A DNA stretch of 61,090 nucleotides, filler included. It is 8 parts of 8 records of this genome, joined end to end, with 100 filler letters (N's around TTAATTAATTAA, not from the genome) between each part and the next. Parts side by side here need not be neighbours in the genome. Positions count along the whole stretch, not along the records: positions 1 to 3,687 come from SRR15195285_27; positions 3,788 to 8,042 come from SRR15195285_28; positions 8,143 to 11,363 come from SRR15195285_35; positions 11,464 to 18,398 come from SRR15195285_38; 4 more parts are not named here. One strand, written 5' to 3'. The position numbers were made by a program, and so were the translations under genes. Position 1 is the stretch's first letter. The number at the start of each line of letters is the position of its first letter. Below the pieces are notes generated by a model. The model did no database searches and had not been told where the DNA came from. It worked only from the letters and a program-made list of their open reading frames with translations. Below are positions 1-11,756 of the stretch, piece after piece.

Positions 1-1
1 G

Positions 2-3000
2 CCAGAGCCGCAGCCGGAGCCGGAGCCAGACCTGCAGAAAGATGTCGAACAGAAGCCGGCGGTGTCGGATTTAGAAGTGGTTGAGCGGGCAAGCTTGCCA
101 GCCAATGAGCTAAGCACCGCAGTACGCAAAGAGGTGAAACGGGTCGTTGCCCAAGAGATTGGTCTTGTCAAAGCTATGTCATCTTTGGTGCATATCAGTG
201 ATGGAAAGCGGAGAAACTTGCAGCGTGTGGCCAACAATGCCATCAGCGACCTCATTATCGACCCAGTGGGTCAGGTTCAGTGGACCTTTGGGCAACTTGG
301 CCTGGATTTGAAAGCTTCTAACACAGTTGAGTATGGACATCAACGATATGAGCAACTGCGACAAGCCGTTGAGCACGCATATACAGCTAAATTACTTCAA
401 GCCTCGGGATTCCTAGAAGAAGCTACATTTCGATTTAAGATTTGCATATCTGAGTACTGCAGTGCGGCAGGCTTCGACCACAGCTACACAGGCAGCAATC
501 CTATGCCTCTCAATCATGCTCGGGCTCGGATCGCTGACCACATTCTTTACACAGACCCTGAAATCGGATACCGCTTGCGTGTTCCTTGCTTGAAGGAAGA
601 ACTAGAAACAGTGTATTGCTCATACGGCCAGCTTGCTCTATCGTATTTTCTCTGCGCTGAAGAGGCCCAGGCCCACGCAGCACAGCTTGAAAAAGATGCA
701 CAAGCTTTCGACGAGGGCAACTCCTGCGCCGATGGCGAAAAGTCTCCAAGTGTGTTCGAGAAGATTGCAGCAGTAGCAGCTATTCGTGTGCTGTTTCAGA
801 AAATTACAGCAGCACTTAACTCATTGGAGTCGGTGCTAGACCCATCGCACGTGCAGACTGTACAAGATGCGTTTGATCGACAGGCCAATCATGAGATGCG
901 CCAGAGAACGGCCGCTGAGTATGTGCAGCAAACTGCCGCTGGTGTTACTACAGCGAGATCCTTCATTTGTTTCTTGGAACACAGGGAGCGTTGGGACACA
1001 CTGCCGACCAGTGCACTGATTGGAGCGAGTTCTCAGCTGATCTTGAAGTTGGTGCACCATGGCGAGATTGCACTAGCAACGAAGCTGTACAGCTGCGCGG
1101 AGTGGTGGCTTGATTGTGCTGCCGTCGATCAGCTCGATGTGCCACACCCTTCACCTATTCAGACCCAAGACTCTCGTTTCGGTGGTAAACTAGCGGCGTT
1201 GACCGACAGGGCTCTCCAGCTCTCCGGTGATGTGCTGCTGGGAAAATCCAACGTGATCACCGCCGCATGGACAGTCAAGGCATTGGTTGTTGAGCACGCC
1301 AAGAGTTTGAACGAATCAACGGACGAATATCTCGAGCACTGCAAACTATGCAATCGTTTACCAGACGTTCTCAGAACAACACAGCCATTTGAGCCATCGT
1401 TGCTTGGGCGAGTCTTCACGTTGGTGATGGCGACGCGAGATGTGCAGCTGTACTACGTCTCGATTACACTCTACTTCCTCAACATCAATCGGCAACTGTT
1501 TGGGATTGGTATTAGCAACTGGGACGAGCCCCCAAGGCTATTCGCGGACAACGAGTCCTGGGATATCTCGAGTGAATCGTGGGATGCATTCTCCTCAGAC
1601 AAGGACTCGAAGCTGTACGGCAGCCTCTCGCTTTTTGTAATGGTGATCTTTATCATTGCTTCCTGCTGGACGGATGATAAGGCTACGGAGGATCGGTTGG
1701 ACACTCCAGCACAAACGATGAAGGTAGATAAAGCACGAGCGACTGGTGTGAAGCGTCTAAGCGACCCCAAGGGCTTGCGATACTTGTTGAATGTTACACA
1801 GACGAGGCTGCTTTGGGAATTTGTATGGTTTCTAAATAGTTGGTGCAAAGGGCGTACGGACCTTGCGGGATATCAACAAGTCTTTGTGTACCTTCTCCGA
1901 TCAACTTTTCCCATCGCATGTCTCGGGCTCGTGTCTTGACACGTGTTGCTATATTGGCTGGAGCAGGTACAATGGCTTGTATTTGACTTTGCCACATCTT
2001 TTCATTTTGATGTTTCAGTTTATGTGCAAGCTATTGCGGTGGTATGGCATAGCATTTCAATTCGTCCATGCATGTGTGCCCGGCGAAGATGTAGTGCGGC
2101 AGTGCTGCAATGTCGGTCGCTGCTGTGAGGTTGGGTACATGTGTGTTGGGATCGACAGTTCAGCTGCTGATAGCGTTGATGGAGCTTATCTATTTCCATA
2201 TGATAACATGGTGTTCAGCTTCATTTCTACTGCTTCGGCACTTGCGTTTCTGGGAACTACCGCGACATTACTGTGGAAGGTTTTCTTCCTGATTTTCATT
2301 GCGTCTCAGCTCTTGCTTCGTGCAGCGTCTGTATGTGGTTTGCTGGTCGTGTTGCTTTCCGATTCTGGAGGTCTCTCACCAATCGCGGCAAACACCTCCA
2401 GCTACGACACCTTTGTTCCAGGCTCCGATCGCATTTCAGCGCAGCTTGGTGCTGGCACGCTGATTGATATGGGCAACACAGTCGGGTTGGACGCAGATGG
2501 CCTAGTACCAAGCACGCTGACTGATGCATCGTACTCTTCAGGCGGGTATGGTTTGGTCATTGCGTACATTGCTTTCAGTGGTGGGACCTCCCTCTTGTTC
2601 AACTCGCGATATGCGTTAGGTCTTTCGCAACGGACAGCGCCGATAATGAGCGTCCTGAACGTATTTGTCGCAATCGACGTGTCAGAATATTCTTTGCTCT
2701 CAAGTGCAGTGCCGCGGCCGCCGCGGCTTTCATTTTTTCTCTTCAGAATGGTGGATATGTCATTGTGCCTCGTGCTCTTTATGCGACACCTAGATCAATC
2801 TGTGCTTCCAGACGGGTTGAAGTTTGTGGCTGTCGGTCTCATCTTGCTTTGCCCTGCTCTATATTGCGTGTGTCTACTCGTGCCCCACTCAGACGTTGAG
2901 CCCTTTTCCAAGGGCGTCGCCCGAGCGTTGACGAACGGAGCAGTGAAGAGTGGCTTCCAAAGAGCTCAGGGTTATCCATGCCATCAAGACTGGGGACAGG

Positions 3001-3263
3001 CCGCGAAGAATGGCTGGACGGCCGTTGGGTCTTTCGTCTCTCTGATTGTGAGCTGCCACCTCTCGCTCGTTCCCACAAGCATCGAACCCTACATAATTAT
3101 TCGCTACCATCATTTAGTGTGGAAACTCTGGCGTATGTGCAATGCTGGCAGGTGTTCTGGGCTGTGTTGGACAGTGCGTCTGTCTGGGAAGAACGCAAGG
3201 TGGATCGGTTTTGCCGGAACGAAACGCTCGTGGGCGAGTGGATTGGTTGCGTTGCACACGTAG
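2..3263 (+). CDS. Unknown protein, 5'-partial: PEPQPEPEP tract, helical region, multi-pass membrane C-terminal half (weakly XK-related-like). Probable exons 2..1842 and 1967..3263
   Basis: The frame of ORF 62..1939 is open from base 2. A phase-2 intron 1843..1966 (GTGCAA...GCAG) joins it to ORF 1863..3263, reading FLNSW-YNGLYL; an alternative phase-2 donor lies at 1828. Many hydrophobic segments follow. LSFFLFRMVDMSLCLVLF only loosely recalls XK proteins. Confidence 0.6.
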
Positions 3264-3687
3264 CTCACGGACTAGCGTGAAGAATCTGCGCGCGGGTGTG
3301 CATTCATTTTTCTTTCAGACCATTTTTTTGTATGTGGAGCGGAGTAGTGGCAACGTAGGGTAGCGTGCACCAACTGCGCGCACGCCCTGTGGTGCTCATG
3401 ACGTGGGTGGGGGGCATGTGTGAATGTACGTTGCATTGGTCACGGATCACCGGCGATAAGCTTTGTCGAAATTTCAGATATATCTGGTTCTGTGTCAGGT
3501 TGCGCTCACGTTGAGCGGTGTCTCGCCTTGCTGCGGCTGCGTCGCGGCGGCGTTTCTACATGGGTGGTGCATGGGTAAAAGACGGTTGCGCTACTCACCA
3601 ACATCATAATCGTCATTGTTTATTGGCATCCCTACGAGTGTGGCACTCCCTCTGAGCCCAACCCTCGTACGCATACTTCGTACCATG

Positions 3688-3787
3688 NNNNNNNNNNNNN
3701 NNNNNNNNNNNNNNNNNNNNNNNNNNNNNNNTTAATTAATTAANNNNNNNNNNNNNNNNNNNNNNNNNNNNNNNNNNNNNNNNNNNN
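3688..3787. other. Artificial contig spacer
   Basis: N44-TTAATTAATTAA-N44, with stops in all six frames. Confidence 0.99.
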
Positions 3788-3789
3788 AC

Positions 3790-6700
3790 GATCGGTCGCG
3801 CGACTTGCAGGAACAGCTGCAGCGCCGCGAGGACCAAATTGCAGAGCTGCAAGAGAAGCTCGACGCATCAGATTCGTATGGTGATGAGATCAAAAGTTCC
3901 CTCGAGGAAATGCGACAAATGATCGAGGCTCTCTTCAAGGAAAACAACGATCTTCGGAGTGCCAACCTCCGCTTCCAACCGTTGAGCGTGGCGGCACCAC
4001 CGCAGACCAACCAAGCTCGAAGTGCGCCAGCTGCTCCGACACCGATTCCGCGGGTCTCCGACGAGGTGTCTCAGGCAGTATTCGAATCGGCACCTGCGCC
4101 TGCGCACGCAGACGATGCCAGCCAGAAGCCGGCAGCCGGGCAAACCGCAAGCATCCCTGAGGATGCACCTGCGGACACTGCTACTCCGGCGCGTACGCAC
4201 AGCTTCAGCCGTAGTCAAGCTGAGCTGGAGGGAACGCCAGCTCAGGAAGATGACGATGATGAGGACGATCAAGATCGGGAAACTTCAGCACCGACAGAAT
4301 CAGGTCCAGGCACGCCACTGCAGAGGCAGGTGCTCCGGATCCTGGGCAACGCGGGCCTCAGGATGACAGGTGGCCAGCAGGGTCTAACCGTGCCCGCTGA
4401 AGCTACGGTAGAGATCGAACAGCTCAAGGCAGCTAACAAACGCCTGTTGGATAATGCGATGGACGCAAGCGTATCATCCGACATGGGCGCGCTCAAAGCT
4501 AACGCAGAAAAATACAAGAAAAAGGCAGATCGTCTTGAGGCACAAGTGAAGGAGCTGAAGATTGCGCTGCGGAAAGCTGACCTCGGTGTTCCATGGGTGC
4601 CCCCAATGCCTTCAGCGGCACAGCATGAGGACCAAAAGGCAGCCGTCGTAGAGTCTGCACAGCAATTGGCGACACCTAAGCGCGGCAAGCCGGAAGTACC
4701 CGACGTACCAGAAGCACCCCTCACGCCTCGTGCAGTCTCCGGCGATCTCGCGTCGACTGTCCCGTATGATGACTACGTAGACTTGCAGACACAGCTAATG
4801 GAGGTCTTGATGGAAAATGAGGAGAAGGAAGCAGTGCTAACGGAAATGGAGAGGGTAATGGCGGGCCACGATAACGAGCTCCAGACTGCTGTCGACCGAC
4901 AGGCCCTGCTGTATCGCGAGCACCTGCGAAGCAATTTGAACTGGAAATCGCGCGTTGCAGAGCAGCAGGCGGAGATTAAGAAGCTTGAAACGGAAGCGCA
5001 GGCGAGGAGTCTGGAACTCGAACGCTACGGTAACCTGGACAAACTGATCGACGAAGCGAAAGCAGGCGTCACTGAGGGCAGCCCAATTGCTAAGAAGCTG
5101 GACGCCCAGATTATGGAAATGACGCGTAAGGCTACGGTGCTCGAAGTGCAGGAGATGCTTGCCAGACGCAAGGCAGAGTACCTAGAGGAGTCAGAGGGGC
5201 TGATTAGGAGACAATTTGATGCTTTGCGCGACAGCCATGCGTTGGTTGAACGTGAAATGCGCGAAAAAGTTGTCAATCTGGAGCAGCAGCGTATGGAGAC
5301 GGAAGCTAAGCTAGCTGATGCGCACGCGGAGATGAAGCGATCAGTGCCCAAGGAGCATATGGATCAGCTTCGAGCCGACCACGGCTCATTGATGCGCCGG
5401 CATCAAGGACTTGTGCTGGAGCACTCGAATGCTGCGACGCAAATGCTTGAGCTGAAGTCGATGCGCACCGAAATCTTGTCGTTGCAGACAGAGTTGGACA
5501 TGTCCAAGACCGACCAGCTCGCAGCCGAAGCTAGAGCGAAGGCAGCTGAGAAACTCATGGAAGAAGTAGAGCAGAATTCGCACCCAGACAACGTGGACAT
5601 GATCCAGCTTCGCCGCAAAATTGATATACAGGAAACACAACTGAAGACGTCAGAGAACCGTGCCGTCAACGCTGAACGCCGAGCAGACGCCCACCAGAAG
5701 TCGGAAGAAGCGCAAACAGAGCGCGTGCAGCAACTTGAATCGCAGGCCCAGGAGCTGACCGACAAGCTTCGTCTCGAGCGCGACGAGGTTGACAAGTTGC
5801 GTCGTGAGGTTGAAGGTTCCATGCCTAGGGACCAGGCCGCACGGCTAGAAAAAACGCTGAACGACAATCTCAGCGAAATCACTACACTCAAGGCGGACCG
5901 AAACAAGTATAAAGAGATTGCTGTGATTGCAACGAAGCAGGCATCTACAATCCAGAGCTACGCGAAGACTGATGCTGAGGTAGGCAACGCTCTCCGCAAG
6001 GCGATCGTTGACCTGCAAGCTGAAGGCGAGGAGAAGAACATCATTGCGAAGCTGCACATGCAACTCATTAATGCCCGACTGGTCGATGTCAGGAAAGATG
6101 AGAAGGCCGAGGCTGAACAAGTCCAGGCCAGGCGTGATCGTGCTCGCGTGATGGAGCTCGAAGAGGAATCTGATGCACTGAGGTCCAAGTTGCTCCGTGC
6201 GCACTCAGAGAATACTAAGCGTGAACGCGTACTAGAGAAACGATTGTGGGACGCACGTGACGCCTTGTCTGGATGTGTCAAGCTAGAGCAACAAGAGCGG
6301 ACAGTTGCGGGAGCACATAGATTGCAAGCAGTGAATGCCGAGCTCGAGAAAATCAACCGCAGACTCTCCGATCAAAAAGTTGACCTCGAGAGTAAACTGA
6401 AAGAACACGAGCTGCGCATTGAATCCGAAAGTGAGCTGAAGAAGCTGCAACTGCCATCTGTGGAGAAACACACCAGGGATCAGGCGCTGCGCGACATGAG
6501 CGAGAAGGTGTTGACGCTCCGGGTTTCCGAAGCACGGCTGCAGCGGGTGCTCAAGAACCTCGCGGAACACGAATCGTCGCTTGCGACACAAAATGAAGAG
6601 CTGGAAGCAAACCTGCGCGAACTCGAGGAGAAATCTATCAAGGATGAGGTTCAGGCAGAGGCACAGGTGGAGTTGATGGAGCAGCAGCTACAGGCTGCGA

Positions 6701-8042
6701 GGCAAGAGTTGCATCATGTACTTGAGGAGAACAAACAGATGAAACGCAAGGGTGTTGCGGCACCGACCCCGAGACGCGGTGGCGGAGGTGGAGCTGGCGT
6801 TGGGTCACCGCCGCATACACCTCGACGTCAAAACGCGATTGACGAAGAAATCGATGGGTCTGATACAGTCATCCAGAAGCTGCGCGAAAATGTGAGCGAG
6901 CTGAATGATGAAAACAGCCACCTGAACACGCAATTGGAGAATGCCGCCCGCAGCATTGAGGCACGTGACACACAGCTAGTCGAAGCAAAGCGACAGCTGC
7001 AGGAAGCGCGGTCCGATGCCGCACGTGCACTGGCTGCCACCGAAACAGGGGACATCGATGGCCCTTCGGCACAAGAGACTGACGAGAGTGAGCGGCTGGC
7101 GTCTGCGCAGCAAGACATCACTCGTCTCCAGAAAGATCGCGCGAAGAAGGAAGAGGAGCTGGTCCGCTACCAGGACGCTCTTCGGGACTTGCGCGAGCGT
7201 GCAGTCGAGGAGCGCGCCGTGCTTGAAAAGGAGATCGCAACGCTAAGCGACAAATTGTACGCCGCAAAGACTGAGGACGTCGAAAAGTTGCGCACCGCCA
7301 TGGGCAAGTTGGAACGCGGCGAAGTTGTAACGCAGGTGCACTACGATAGGAAGACTGGCACGACGAACTGGATGAAGCAGGCGCAAGAATGGGAGGAAAC
7401 GCTGGCGGAGAAGGACACCAAACTCGACGAAATGAAACGACAAGTTCGTCACGCTGATGTAGAGATTGAGAAGGCCAAGCTAGCAGAACAGCGTCATGCA
7501 GAAGAGATGCAGAGTCTTCGCGATGAACTCGAGGAAAGTCGGAATCGCAAGCCATCCGACAAGCTCAAAAAGCTTGTCAAGACGCTCAAACAGCAGGTTG
7601 CTACGAAGGAAAAGCAGATGCAGAAACTGCAGTCAGCTATCGAATCACTTCGTAACGATCAGGAGTCGTTTTTTACGCAGCAAGTCTCCAGCGGCGGCCC
7701 TGGCGAGGCCAGTGGGGCCGACAAAGAAAAAATGAAGGAGCTGCTGGACAAGCAGACAAAGTTCGTACAACAGCTAGGAAAGCGAAAGGTGGAGATCCAA
7801 CAGTTGAAAGATCGCGAAACCAGCTACAAGGCTGAGCTAGAGACCTGTCGTCCGGCAGCGGAGCAACTTGATGTTGAGAGGGCCCGAGTACAACAGTTGG
7901 AATCGGAGGTGAGCAGGCTACGCCGCGAAGTTGCCGCGCTGCGTAGAGATGCGTCTAGCGGCGGTGGCGGGAAACGTGGAGGCGGAGACGGCGGCGGCGG
8001 CGGTCGTGGAGGCGGAGACGGCGGCGGCGGCGGCGGCGGCGG
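3790..8042 (+). CDS. CEP290: Centrosomal/transition-zone protein CEP290 homolog, partial at both ends
   Basis: Long coiled coil with CEP290-like segments in the expected order: QLMEVLMENEEKE...RQALLYREHL, TRKATVLEVQEMLARRKAEYLEESE, KYKEIAVIATKQ, EEKNIIAKLHMQL. The ORF spans the whole contig. Confidence 0.88.
7959..8042 (+). repeat. GGC-rich tandem repeat encoding RGGGDGGGG at the contig end
   Basis: cgtggaggcggagacggcggcggcggc occurs twice, followed by (ggc)n up to the assembly break. Confidence 0.85.
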
Positions 8043-8142
8043 NNNNNNNNNNNNNNNNNNNNNNNNNNNNNNNNNNNNNNNNNNNNTTAATTAATTAANN
8101 NNNNNNNNNNNNNNNNNNNNNNNNNNNNNNNNNNNNNNNNNN
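8043..8142. other. Artificial contig spacer
   Basis: N44-TTAATTAATTAA-N44. Confidence 0.99.
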
Positions 8143-8544
8143 CAGACCCAGATATATCTGTAATTTCGACATTGTACATTCAAACATGTACATTATTCCG
8201 CATATTCGAATATGGTACTGTGAACAGGATTAAAGGTATACTATGAACGCTATCCACCGCAGCGCCAAAAGGAGTGTCACACGGAGGAATTCCTCGTACC
8301 TACGCTAGTAGACTATTCGGGTAGTATCGATGCGCGCACCAAGGGTCGTTGCTATAAACCTGGGGGTAGTGTAGGGCTAAACAAGAGAGAGAACTCCAAG
8401 GAGGCAGGAGCAATACGTCGCTCATTTGAAGAACAACTGAGATGCATTGACAAGGTTTAAGCAATCGCTTGCTTGGCAGCAAGAAGAAAGACTAGTTGCA
8501 TTCGCATGTTGTAAAACACAGCTTGCAAACTGAAGCCACCGAGC

Positions 8545-10956
8545 TCAACCTCGTGAAATCCCGAGCTCCGCGCGCAACGCGGCAATTTCGTGCTGCACAT
8601 CCCTGAGTTTCGTTGCGCGCCGGGCTAGTTCCCTCTGTTGCTCCAAGCTCAGCGTTGCGCCAGCCTCGAAATCCATACGCATCGCGCACGACGCCGGCTC
8701 GAGGTCTTTCGGCAGCTCCCAATCATCATCATCAATTCCAGACCGAGGATACTGGCGCTCGGTACGACCAGCTCCGCGCACAACGGTGCCGAAGACACGC
8801 AGCATTGAAGCAGTTCCTTCGGCTGAGCTCACCTCAAGAGAGTTTGCACAACATTGCGTCCACACAGGCTCGCTGCCGCATTCCTGCGCCTGTGTCTGCC
8901 TTTCTCCCCCTTCATCGCCGCCATCGTCGTCACTGAGGTCGTCCTCGTCTTCGCAATCAATCTCGTCGTCGCAGTCGAGGCCGCTGTCAGCGGAAGCAAC
9001 CTCAGCTGGTGCTTCGCCATGGTCACCATTCACACTTGCAGACACTGTGATCGAGCATCTCGAATCTGCTTCAGAAGTATCGCAAGGCATCTCGCCGGCT
9101 GCAGAGAATGGATTCATACGTCGGCTGTGCTCCTTGGCAGGGTCCGAATGGTCAACGCCGATATGGACAGCGAGTGGAATCAGCGTCGATTGCTGCATTC
9201 GATTCGGGTGCACAGGGTACCGCTGGACTGTGCTCGTAGGCCTGAAAAACAACGAGGCGGGCGCGAAAGGATTGCCATGCTCCTTTCCAACGCCGTCCAG
9301 TTCAGATTCAGACTCCGGCGACCCGTTGTCTGCATCGTTGTTCCAATCGTCAGGCAATCCCACGGCCGACTCCTCGAAAGCACCGGAGCTGACGCTGTCT
9401 CCCCCCTCCACCATCTGGTAAGCTACGGAAGACGTGGTAGTGTTGAAAACCACGAGGGACTGCGCGGTAACCGCGTTGCTGCTGCCGCTGCTGTCCTCGA
9501 TGGCCACAACGTGTTTATCTAAAGGCGCAGAACTCGGTAGAGAGGGAGGCTCCCACGCAGTCTCGTCTGTGCGCGTGCACCAGTAGTACACCCGCCCTGG
9601 GCATCAGCAGCAAATCACACCAGCCAGTCAACAACTGTGGCCAAGGGGGCAGTCGGAACTTCCCTCGCGGGGTAGTGGCAAGCGTCGTGCATGCACACCG
9701 TCAGCGGCCCTGACCTCCACCCATTCGTCGCTGGCGTGTTCGGTCTCCGGTTCTACCGACTGTCCAGCAGACGTGGACGCGGGTGAGGCAAACGCATTCG
9801 AGTCAGACACGGTTTGTCATCGTTGTGTGCGCACCGGCTCAGCCGGCGATTGCTGCACTGTCCCTGCGCGCAGTGGGTCTTGCACCGTGGGTGCGGCGAC
9901 GCAAGCTGCAGACTCACTCGCAGCAGCTGGGGCACTGTCGCCGCGCAGCCACATCAAGTAGCTTTCCTCGACTGACGCGGACATGGTGGTCGCAGCCACC
10001 GGCAGCTCCGGTGCAGTCAGCTGTGCCTGCGTTGTCTCGGCTCGGCCGTCGCCAGCTGCGCTACTATCGCTGATTTCTACCACCGTCACGTCGGCGGACG
10101 CATCTGTCTGACCTGCCACGATTTCTGCGACCTCAGGTTCTCGCGTTTCATCACCTTTGCCCTCCCCATTCGCGTCGGCTGACGCACCAGTCTGGCCTGC
10201 CACGATTACTGTGTCCTCAGCTCCTGGCACTTCGCCCCCGATGTCCACACCAGCCGCGTGGATGGACGCACCGGTCTGGCCTGCGCTGACAACGGCGGGC
10301 TCAGCCTCCGCCACTTCGTCACCGATCTCCACTTGGGCCGCACCGATAGGGTCAGGTGCGTGGACTGCGGCGACATCAGTGATCTCGGGCTTCACTGGAT
10401 CGGCCATCTGGCGCGGGGCGGCCGATTGGTCGCGCGCTCCTCTGCCGGGCTGCACCTGGTACAGGTGACCCCATGGGTGTGATCCAGGGGGGTGCGCAGG
10501 CCCGGTGGCAGCGTCGAGCGCTGCAATATCCTGCGCGGCCTCCGTGTACCACGTTGGTAGCTGCTCTGTCTCGACGGTGTCGGCTGGAGCGTCTCTCTCC
10601 GCGAGAACCCGGCCTTCTTCATCGTACCGCCACACATCGTCGCTGACGCCGCTGGGGCTGGAGGTAGCGCTGCTGCCCTGGGGGAGGACGGCATGCGCCG
10701 ACACCGTGGTACCATCTCGTGCTCGGGATACAGCTGTATCGGGGGGGGTCTCAGTCGCTGGGGTTGCAAGTGGTTGCCCGACGACCGCTACTGCAGCCCC
10801 GCCCACCGCCGCTGCTCCGAGCCATGACAGCACGTCGGACGCTGGTGTCGATGGAGGAGTACTCGCCGAGGCGGACAGCCGCCTGGCCTCGTGCACGCCC
10901 CTCTGCGCGCCACCGCCTTTGAGCCCTGGGGCCAGAGCCCGGGCCACCGAGCGCAT
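8545..10956 (-). CDS. Low-complexity acidic WW-domain protein with an N-terminal presequence-like segment and one hydrophobic helix; exons 10956..9835, 9759..9699, 9596..8545
   Basis: Introns 9760..9834 (GTGCGC..ACAG) and 9597..9698 (GTGTGC..CCAG) join three ORFs and rebuild a WW domain, EWVEVRAADG-RVYYWCTRTDETAWEPP. The first in-frame ATG is at 10956 (MRSVARALAPG...). A short coiled coil ends the protein. Confidence 0.8.
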
Positions 10957-11080
10957 CGGCCTCGGCTGCAGCCACAGCCACCTCCCTGCCGGTACAGCGA
11001 CTGGTACGCCCCCCTCCTCCACCGCCCACTGCTCTGCCACAACCACTAGCACAGCCACCTGCCTCCACCGCTACCAATGC

Positions 11081-11194
11081 AGCTACTGCGCCGCCACAGC
11101 TACGAGTACCGCCACAGCTACTGCCGCCGCCACGGCTACGAGTGCCGCCACAGCCGCCACAGCTACGAGCACCGCCACAGCTACGAGCACCGCC
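11081..11194. repeat. 18-bp minisatellite, about 6 imperfect units
   Basis: Tandem agctacgagcaccgccac-like units upstream of the WW gene. Confidence 0.85.
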
Positions 11195-11363
11195 AGCTGT
11201 TGGTGCCGCCACCGCTACTGGCGCAGCAGGGCGCCCATGTTAGCGCCCATGTTAGCGCTTGCATTCGCGCCCATCGGACGGGCTTATTCCTCTTTTCCAA
11301 TTCATATCCACGATTGGATTCTCCCTGAATCAAACCAAGGGTAGACTCAGCTGGGTTGGTCAC

Positions 11364-11463
11364 NNNNNNNNNNNNNNNNNNNNNNNNNNNNNNNNNNNNN
11401 NNNNNNNTTAATTAATTAANNNNNNNNNNNNNNNNNNNNNNNNNNNNNNNNNNNNNNNNNNNN
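11364..11463. other. Artificial contig spacer
   Basis: N44-TTAATTAATTAA-N44. Confidence 0.99.
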
Positions 11464-11756
11464 GCGCGCGCGCGGGCGCGCGCGCGCGAACATGCAGAGT
11501 CTGAGTTGGGTCCAGTTGCATGGGGATTTGATTACCATAGCAGCCTGTACCGGTACATGTACAGCTGTATGATCTGGATACAATTCAGCAAGTTCGTATT
11601 CGCTTTTTTGTGCTCATTCATTTCAATGTGCGATTTAGGACCACATTGTCACAATTGCTTATAAGATAATGAGCACTTCATTCATCACGATGCCCGACAA
11701 GCGACAGTACACACACAACCCCACACCTCGGCTTGCAGTACCCTCGCCCTGAGGGC

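Noticed and set aside
3732-3743. Recurring TTAATTAATTAA palindrome (7 copies)
   Set aside because: Always centred in N runs of identical length, so it is a concatenation linker and not biology.
11081-11194. Possible CRISPR array (also 49164..49261)
   Set aside because: Units are adjacent with no unique spacers, there are no cas genes, and the context is eukaryotic. These are minisatellites.
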